This document shows positions 58,166-64,000 of a stretch of 64,000 nt of DNA, piece after piece (the stretch's first letter is position 1; each line of letters opens with the position of its first letter). The stretch is from an uncultured Pseudomonadota bacterium (GTDB taxonomy: Bacteria > Oederibacteriota > Muellerivitia > Muellerivitales > Muellerivitaceae), in the NCBI GenBank assembly GCA_963770835.1, contig CAVYRH010000004.1:544001-608000 (forward strand). Reading direction: 5' to 3'. A program made the position numbers and the translations under genes. The notes under the pieces are model-generated. The model made no database searches and was not told where the DNA came from. It saw nothing but the letters and a program-made list of their open reading frames with translations.

Positions 58166-58641
58166 AGCGTTTAGTGTTGGTAATGGTTTGGTGTTTTGTG
58201 GGAATGGCTTATGCGGCTAACCAAGATTCAACACAAAATAAGAAATGTCAATGCGACTTAACCATCCAAAAAGAATCCATGGCAATATGGGCTCAAGTAA
58301 ATTTTAAAAACATTTCCGATGAGCCGGTCGGACTTTACTTAAACAGCTATTTTGGAGAAGGCGAAGTTGAAGACACGGTGTTTGATGTTATGGATTTGCT
58401 AAAAGAAGGCTATCTGCGGCTTGGTCATAGGGGAAAACTGAAATCCAATCGGCCATGGGGGAGCCACTTAGTTTTTGTGCAGCCGGGTAAAAGCTTGTCG
58501 TTCAAGGTTGATTTGAGAAGATGTTATTCGTTCGATAAAAGTGCATATAAAATTTCTTATGTTTCATCCCTTTATCGATCCCAGGAAAAAGGATTTCTTT
58601 ATCAAGTGCGCTCAAACGCTGTGACAGTGAACTTAAAGTAG
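58162..58641 (+). CDS. Hypothetical secreted protein, AT-rich
   Basis: Signal peptide; ATGA overlap with livM; visibly lower GC. Confidence 0.6.
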   Translation: MKRLVLVMVWCFVGMAYAANQDSTQNKKCQCDLTIQKESMAIWAQVNFKNISDEPVGLYLNSYFGEGEVEDTVFDVMDLLKEGYLRLGHRGKLKSNRPWGSHLVFVQPGKSLSFKVDLRRCYSFDKSAYKISYVSSLYRSQEKGFLYQVRSNAVTVNLK

Positions 58642-58642
58642 T

Positions 58643-59092
58643 TCAAGAATTATTTTTTGATCCGACGTGGCTCACGTGATTAGCAAAGTGCAGGGGATGG
58701 AACTGCGCCCACTGCTTCTTGTTCAACGGCCCCAAGATGCGATGGTCACTCCAAGGTCCTTCGAATTTCTCGAAATTTTCCAATGCTTTCTTGAATTGAG
58801 CCAGGGCTTCAGCTTCATTCCCTTCGATGCGGTCGGAAGGTGGGCCCTTAATTCCTCGCGGAATGTAACCCCGCAAGACGAAAAACCGGTGCAGAATGGG
58901 CCCCACAATATTTCGTTTCCACCAAGGCATTTCCTGGCGGAGCCCCTTCATGCTACCCTCCACCGCTTTGGACAAATGGGTGAGGATCTGGAAATAAGAC
59001 CAGCTCCCGGTTGTTTCCGCAGGGCCTTGACTCAGCCGGTCGAGTTCGGCGCGGATGTCATCGAAGTTTTTACAGCGAAGTTCACGCGGCAT
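58643..59092 (-). CDS. DUF1569 (DinB-like) protein
   Basis: 'GSWSYFQILTHL', 'HRILGPLNKKQW..FH..H..NH'. Confidence 0.75.
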   Translation of the reverse strand: MPRELRCKNFDDIRAELDRLSQGPAETTGSWSYFQILTHLSKAVEGSMKGLRQEMPWWKRNIVGPILHRFFVLRGYIPRGIKGPPSDRIEGNEAEALAQFKKALENFEKFEGPWSDHRILGPLNKKQWAQFHPLHFANHVSHVGSKNNS

Positions 59093-59095
59093 TTT

Positions 59096-60097
59096 CTATT
59101 TCTCCTCCAGAGAATTAGGTACGAAAGGTTCGGGAGCCTCGACGCTTTTGGTTTTTCGAATCTTTGCGACGAAAAATCCTTCAACGTCGGCGGTGGGCAG
59201 AACGCGGATGGACTTTACCACCGCGGGGTTGAATTTCAAATCCCCCCACATTGAAAGGCCAAGTGTGTGGGAAGGCAAAGGGAGATTGATTTTTTCGACC
59301 TCAATAGCATCTCCATAGGTCTCAAGGGCCCAGTTCAGGATCATTTCATTCTCCTCAGGCGCGAAGGTGCAGGTGGAATAAACCATCGTGCCGCCCGGTT
59401 TTAGTGATAGGAAAGCGGACTTGAAAAGTCGACGCTGGTCTTTGGCCATCTTACGGTTGGTGTCTTCCTTCCAATAACCGAAGGTCGAGGGGGTTTCCAA
59501 CTGGAACCGACCTTCCGAACTGCAAGGCGCATCCAGTAAAACCCGATCCATCTTCCCGAAGTTTTCTTTCCACACCAGCCCACCGTCGCCCGCGGGAAGA
59601 ACCTCCACGATGGAAGCCCCCTGCAATGCGGCGTTAGCTTTCAGTTTCTCAACCCGAATGGGATTGTTGTCGTTGGCCAGGACCACGCCCTGGTTTTTCA
59701 TGAGGACTGCCAATTGAGTGGTTTTGCTTCCGGGCGCGGCGGTTAAATCCAAAACCGTTTCTCCCCCTTGAGGGGCTAAAACAAGGGGCGGGATCATGCT
59801 GGAGAGTCCCTGGACGTAGATTTCCCCCTTCGTATAAAGATCAGTTTTTTCCAGGTCCTTTTGTTTTCCCTTGCGCAGGAGGAAGGCATCTTTATACCAG
59901 GGAACGTTTTCGATCTTGAAGCCCTGGGGTTCCAGCTGTTCCTTGAGGGACGAAGCGGGTGTTTTTAGCGTATTCACGCGGAAAGTCGTGGGACGTTCGG
60001 CGGCGAAAGTCTTAAACACCTTGTCCCATTGGTTGGCGGGGATAAGGCGGCGGAGTTTTTCCAGAAAGGCTTCGGGGAATTGGCGGCCCTTTACCAT
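59096..60097 (-). CDS. RsmB/RsmF/NOP2-family RNA m5C methyltransferase
   Basis: VLDLTAAPGSKT, LLDAPCS, YSTCT..PEENE. Confidence 0.92.
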   Translation of the reverse strand: MVKGRQFPEAFLEKLRRLIPANQWDKVFKTFAAERPTTFRVNTLKTPASSLKEQLEPQGFKIENVPWYKDAFLLRKGKQKDLEKTDLYTKGEIYVQGLSSMIPPLVLAPQGGETVLDLTAAPGSKTTQLAVLMKNQGVVLANDNNPIRVEKLKANAALQGASIVEVLPAGDGGLVWKENFGKMDRVLLDAPCSSEGRFQLETPSTFGYWKEDTNRKMAKDQRRLFKSAFLSLKPGGTMVYSTCTFAPEENEMILNWALETYGDAIEVEKINLPLPSHTLGLSMWGDLKFNPAVVKSIRVLPTADVEGFFVAKIRKTKSVEAPEPFVPNSLEEK

Positions 60098-60777
60098 TCC
60101 ATCATCAGGGCTTTGGAAAGGAATTCCATGAAGGGGGCGGCTGCGGCGCAGGCCTCGACGTACTTTTCCATGAAATTGGGACTGTAGACCGTCTTCTCGT
60201 CGAACTGGGTGTAAAAGATGAAATCCTTGTATTTCAAATCCTCAATCAGTTCATGGTCGGGAGGGTAGCCCTTGGGCGGTCGTGAAAGTTTCTCGCCCTC
60301 GACGGTGCAGTGTTTCTTGAACTTCTTGTCCTTCAGCACCGCCTTCCAGACGGAGGGGTGGCCGGCCAGGTAGTCCCGAATCTGGCGCAAAACCGGCGCC
60401 TCGGGGCGCCAAATGCCGCCCCCGCCGAAAACCTCGCCCGGTTCCAAGTGGAGGTAATACCCGGGGGCATGCACATCCTTGGAGCGGGCCGTACGGAATT
60501 GGGCGGATGCCGCGGTTTTATAGGGCGTTTTGTCCTTGGCGAAGCGGGTATCCCGGTAAATACGGAACATGGAGCCGCCACTGGGGCTGTTGTCCACGAT
60601 GATCTGCCGGCTGATCTTCCGCATGTGCGGGCCCAGCTCACCGATGAAGTCCAAAAGGGGATTGCGTACGGTTTTTTCATACCGTTCCTTGTTGGCTTGG
60701 AACCAGGGGCGGTTGTTGTGGGCCTTGAGTTCCCTCAGGAACTTAAAAAAAGCCGGCGTGAAATAGCTTTTGGACAT
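60091..60777 (-). CDS. DUF2461 (TIGR02453) protein
   Basis: 'HNNRPWF', 'FRIYRDTRFAKDKTPYK', 'GYYLHLEP'. Confidence 0.9.
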   Translation of the reverse strand: MSKSYFTPAFFKFLRELKAHNNRPWFQANKERYEKTVRNPLLDFIGELGPHMRKISRQIIVDNSPSGGSMFRIYRDTRFAKDKTPYKTAASAQFRTARSKDVHAPGYYLHLEPGEVFGGGGIWRPEAPVLRQIRDYLAGHPSVWKAVLKDKKFKKHCTVEGEKLSRPPKGYPPDHELIEDLKYKDFIFYTQFDEKTVYSPNFMEKYVEACAAAAPFMEFLSKALMMEW

Positions 60778-60804
60778 GAGATTCCTCGGGAAGGACGGGG
60801 TGGA

Positions 60805-61026
60805 TTAAAGAGGTGGACGGTCCATCATCTTTTTGGGGCGGACCCAAAGGGCTATCTCGTCCACGGCCCAAATCTCATCAGGCATGTCGCTTTTGATAAA
60901 AACACGGACGAATTTTTTCTTCACCGCGATGGAAGAGGCCACTTCCTTCACGTTCAGGACCGTCCCCACCTTGCGGGTCAGGAGATTAAAAACCTCGTCG
61001 TTCGCTTCATAATCAAATTCCATCAT
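60805..61026 (-). CDS. Small hypothetical protein
   Basis: GAGGGGG RBS; fills the gap in the minus-strand run. Confidence 0.55.
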   Translation of the reverse strand: MMEFDYEANDEVFNLLTRKVGTVLNVKEVASSIAVKKKFVRVFIKSDMPDEIWAVDEIALWVRPKKMMDRPPL

Positions 61027-61119
61027 GGTTCCCCCTCGCACTCACCCGCTTGTATTTTAACGTCCCCCGGCTTTCAGGGAAGGGAAAAGCTTCAATTTTT
61101 GAAAATTTACGATCAAAAT

Positions 61120-61152
61120 AAAAAAGGCCGGGGCTTTGAGGCCCCGGCCCTT
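61120..61152 (-). terminator. Terminator after yceI-like gene
   Basis: AAAAAAGGCCGGGGC-TTTGAG-GCCCCGGCC. Confidence 0.7.
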
Positions 61153-61163
61153 AAAGGCCAAAG

Positions 61164-61844
61164 TTAGTTTTTAGGGGCGTCGGCGGGTTTTTCCGCGGGC
61201 TTCTTCATGCTGGCCATCATGGCCTTCATTTTCTCCAGGCTGGCCTTGTCCATCCCGGCCACGTCGAGGCTGATGGCCACGTCGTTGCTGACCATTAGGT
61301 TGCCGCTGGCCAGCGTCTTGTTCCAGACCAAGCCGAAATCCCTGCGGTCAATCGTGGTGGTGGCTGAAAAACCGACAATGTTGGCGGTCATGCTGCCGTC
61401 CTTGTTCATGGGCATGGTGTCCGCGCCAAGATATTCCACGTCCAAGGTCACGGGCTTGGTGGCGCCGTGGATGGTCAGGTTCCCCGTCACCTTGTATTGA
61501 TTGTCGCTATCGCCTTTGGCTACGCCAGTGCTCTTAAACTTGATCGTCGGGTATTTGGCCGCGTCGAAGAAATCCGGCGATTGAAGGTGGTGGTCCCGCA
61601 TTTCATTGTCGGTGCTGATGCTGGCCGTTTGAATCGTGACGTTGATCTTGCCGGCTTCGGGCTTGGCGGGGTCAAAAGAAAAGGTTCCGTCGTAATCCTT
61701 GAATTCGCCGGGCACCTTGCTGAGGATGTGCTTTACCGAAAATCCGATATGGCTATGGGCCTTGTCAAACCCGTACTCCGTGGCGTTGACAGAAGTTGCG
61801 GCTAAAAAACCGGAAACGGCCAACAACAAAAAAAGTTTCTTCAT
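61164..61844 (-). CDS. YceI-family periplasmic protein
   Basis: 'DKAHSHIGFSVKH', 'RDHHLQSPDFFDA.KYP', 'GNLTIHG.TK', 'IDRRDFG'. Confidence 0.9.
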   Translation of the reverse strand: MKKLFLLLAVSGFLAATSVNATEYGFDKAHSHIGFSVKHILSKVPGEFKDYDGTFSFDPAKPEAGKINVTIQTASISTDNEMRDHHLQSPDFFDAAKYPTIKFKSTGVAKGDSDNQYKVTGNLTIHGATKPVTLDVEYLGADTMPMNKDGSMTANIVGFSATTTIDRRDFGLVWNKTLASGNLMVSNDVAISLDVAGMDKASLEKMKAMMASMKKPAEKPADAPKN

Positions 61845-61990
61845 CTTTCCGACTCCTTGCTTGATTTAAAAACGACCTGGCATTATATATACGAATGTGC
61901 TTACTAAAAGAAAGTAGGTACCCCAAGGTAACTGCAAGAAAACTGGCCGCACCCCTTTCGATACCTTTGGACGTTTAAACCAGGAGGAAA

Positions 61991-62386
61991 GTGATGATCC
62001 GCCACCGCCCCAACAAATCTGGTCCCGCGCCCGTAGGCTGCCCGTTGGAAAAAAGCCTCAAATTATTGGCAGGCGCCTGGACGCCCCAAATCCTCTGGTA
62101 TTTGCAGACCGAACCGCGCCGGTTCGGCGATTTGAAGAGGGACCTGGGGCCCATCTCCGCTAAGGTTCTGACTACCCGGCTGAAAGAACTCGAAAAGAGG
62201 GGGGTCGTAACCCGGGAAGTCAAACATACATCTCCCCCCACAGTGGAGTACGCGCTAACTCCCTTGGGCCATAAGCTCAATCCTATCCTGGAATCCATCG
62301 CCGAAGTCGGGAAAGAAATCACCCGGATGGAAGGCGGCTCTATTCCAGCACGCAGGGAAAAGGTTGAAGCCCTCTCCATTGGTTAA
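61991..62386 (+). CDS. HxlR-family winged-helix regulator
   Basis: 'CPLEKSL', 'RRFGDLKR', 'ISAKVLTTRLKELE', 'PPTVEYALT'; divergent from yceI-like gene. Confidence 0.9.
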   Translation: MMIRHRPNKSGPAPVGCPLEKSLKLLAGAWTPQILWYLQTEPRRFGDLKRDLGPISAKVLTTRLKELEKRGVVTREVKHTSPPTVEYALTPLGHKLNPILESIAEVGKEITRMEGGSIPARREKVEALSIG

Positions 62387-62509
62387 AAAACTTTTCTAGA
62401 AGAGAACATTGAACTTCGGCGAGTTTGTCAAACTGAAGGACCAAAAGATCCGAGGAAGCCGGCGTTTAGATCGGTTCTGTCTTCAGGGTTGAGTCCACCA
62501 AAAAATCTT

Positions 62510-62839
62510 TTAAAAATCCAGGATGGAATTATCGGCGGGACTCCCGGGGGTGGAAGTTTTTTCGACCTGCAGGAATTCCAGTTGGGATTTCCAATAGGCG
62601 TATCTTTGCCCTGCTTGAGCGGATTCTTGGGGCGGGGAAGCCGACACCTCGACCTGGGCCTGTTCGACTTCACCCGAGATCTTCGCCAACTGTTGCTGGA
62701 AATTGGAAGTAATTTGGCGGGCGACGGATTTCGCCGGGTCCACTTTGTGGACGGCCAACTCATGGTTCACGATTTGGTCAATGGTTTGCTCCAGGGCTTT
62801 GATTGTGAGGTCATTTGAGTTAAAAGAAACCGGATTCAT
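62510..62839 (-). CDS. Hypothetical protein
   Basis: 109-aa ORF with plausible composition. Confidence 0.5.
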   Translation of the reverse strand: MNPVSFNSNDLTIKALEQTIDQIVNHELAVHKVDPAKSVARQITSNFQQQLAKISGEVEQAQVEVSASPPQESAQAGQRYAYWKSQLEFLQVEKTSTPGSPADNSILDF

Positions 62840-63073
62840 AGTCTTCGCCTTTTGGGTATTTGTTCCCCTGATTGTTAAATTTCCTAACGGCGAAATATAT
62901 GGAAACTTTATAGGGGAAACAACTGTTGTCCTTAAACTGAATAAGTCCCCCTCTTAATTCTAGGCCGGACTGTTGATTTTGCCCAACCCACCCCAATAAT
63001 TTCGGCGGTTGCAGCGCCAGCCTCATGCGCAACTTTTAAGAGTGGTGGGGCCGCCGGTTTTATCCAGGCAAAT

Positions 63074-63110
63074 AAAAAAAGCCGGGCGGTTTTTAGTTCG
63101 TCCGGCTTTT
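63074..63110 (-). terminator. Rho-independent terminator
   Basis: AAAAAAAGCCGGGCG...CGTCCGGCTTTT. Confidence 0.7.
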
Positions 63111-63134
63111 CGAAAAGAAATGATAAGTTTTGGA

Positions 63135-63593
63135 TTATTGGCCGGTAGTTGTTCCGGCGGCCGGGCTGGTTCCCGTGGTATTTCCAGTTCCCGTCGAGGG
63201 CGCAGTGCCAGTGGAGCCCGAGGGAGACGTCGAACCATCGTCGTGCTTTTCCCCGTAGATGGTCTTGGAATTTTCATCCAGCATCTGGTTCAACTGTTTC
63301 TTCTGGTCGTCGGTCAATTCCCTCTTGCCGTTGGTCTTGTAATCAGCCTCCATTTGGGCCTGCACTGATTTCAATACATCCCGAAGGGCCTTGGCTTGGG
63401 CCGGTGTCAGTTTGCCGCTCTTGAGGCCTTCTTTAATGCGGGCTTCCTGGTCCTTCATGCGGTCATGGACCTCGTGAATCCGCGGGTGATGGATGACGGG
63501 TTTTGGAGCCGGCGCGGTGGTTTCAGCGGCGAAGGCCAGACCCGTGGCCCCGATGAACAACAACGATGCGGCGAAAGAAACAATCTTCTTCAT
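63135..63593 (-). CDS. Secreted helical protein with repeated 'G.LT..Q...L' units
   Basis: Signal peptide; GGAGG RBS; 'RIKEGLKSGKLTPAQ', 'ELTDDQKKQLNQMLD'. Confidence 0.7.
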   Translation of the reverse strand: MKKIVSFAASLLFIGATGLAFAAETTAPAPKPVIHHPRIHEVHDRMKDQEARIKEGLKSGKLTPAQAKALRDVLKSVQAQMEADYKTNGKRELTDDQKKQLNQMLDENSKTIYGEKHDDGSTSPSGSTGTAPSTGTGNTTGTSPAAGTTTGQ

Positions 63594-63740
63594 GACTTCC
63601 TCCCAAGAAAAGTTTGAGCGGCTACCTTTGGTAAGTTTGACGATGCGGCACTTAAAAAGGTTACCGGACGGAAACCAGCAATTTAAGGCCTTTTTTAATT
63701 ATTAAAGAGAATTTCGCGGATTAAAGAGGGTTAAGAAAGG

Positions 63741-64000
63741 TCAGGAATAAAGGATCTGGTCCAGGTAGCTCTTCAAGAATTGACGGTCCTCATCCGGCAT
63801 CAACATCAAGTGGACCCCGGCGCCCAAGCGGTTGACCCAAACCACCTCCCCAAAAGCGAAAAGGTGTTTCGAGATCTCAGGCAGGGTGATATCCAGGCGG
63901 ACAACCTCCCCTGCGCGAATCGCTTTGTCCGGCGCGATCTTCAGGAAAATGCCGTCCAGGCTCAGGTCTTTCGCGAGGGCCACTTTCCCTTTAAATTTCT
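63741..64000 (-). CDS. PilZ-domain protein (5' end outside window)
   Basis: DLSLDG and 'GEVVWV...GVHL'. Confidence 0.75.
   Translation of the reverse strand, partial: KFKGKVALAKDLSLDGIFLKIAPDKAIRAGEVVRLDITLPEISKHLFAFGEVVWVNRLGAGVHLMLMPDEDRQFLKSYLDQILYS

Noticed and set aside
62840..63060. Possible c-di-GMP riboswitch (minus-strand GGGCAAA...CCGGCCTA)
   Set aside because: GAAA tetraloop stem and GACGCAAAGC core not found; a covariance-model search would be needed

Overview
Bacterial chromosomal window of moderately high GC from a diderm organism (lipoproteins, a PorV-family barrel, T9SS-like C-terminal domains, Thr/Pro-rich linkers; taxonomy not determinable here). Housekeeping genes (mdh, cysC, aconitase, copZ/copA, RsmB/F methyltransferase, liv transporter parts) are mixed with accessory modules. 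No rRNA, tRNA or CRISPR array was seen. Main points: (1) a sigma54 regulon readable in the DNA at 38.3-47 kb, with a XylR/V4R-type enhancer-binding protein, four copies of a paired site ATCAAAATGAG-N10/11-ATCATTTTGAT and seven GG-N10-GC promoters, driving pirin, GlsB/YeaQ, two DUF3494 ice-binding-like lipoproteins, YceI, an outer-membrane protein and an lmo0937-type peptide; (2) two tandem class III cyclases with complementary catalytic losses, suggesting an obligate C1/C2-like heterodimer, next to a convergent MBL hydrolase; (3) an ECF sigma / FlgD-tipped anti-sigma / PorV-TPR / CTD-cargo locus that may be a PorV-based cell-surface signalling system; (4) an intact group II intron, a vapBC module bracketed by a duplicated copA 3' end, a GNAT pseudogene and two copies of a ~145 bp MITE. 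All calls come from reading motifs by eye; no searches were run.
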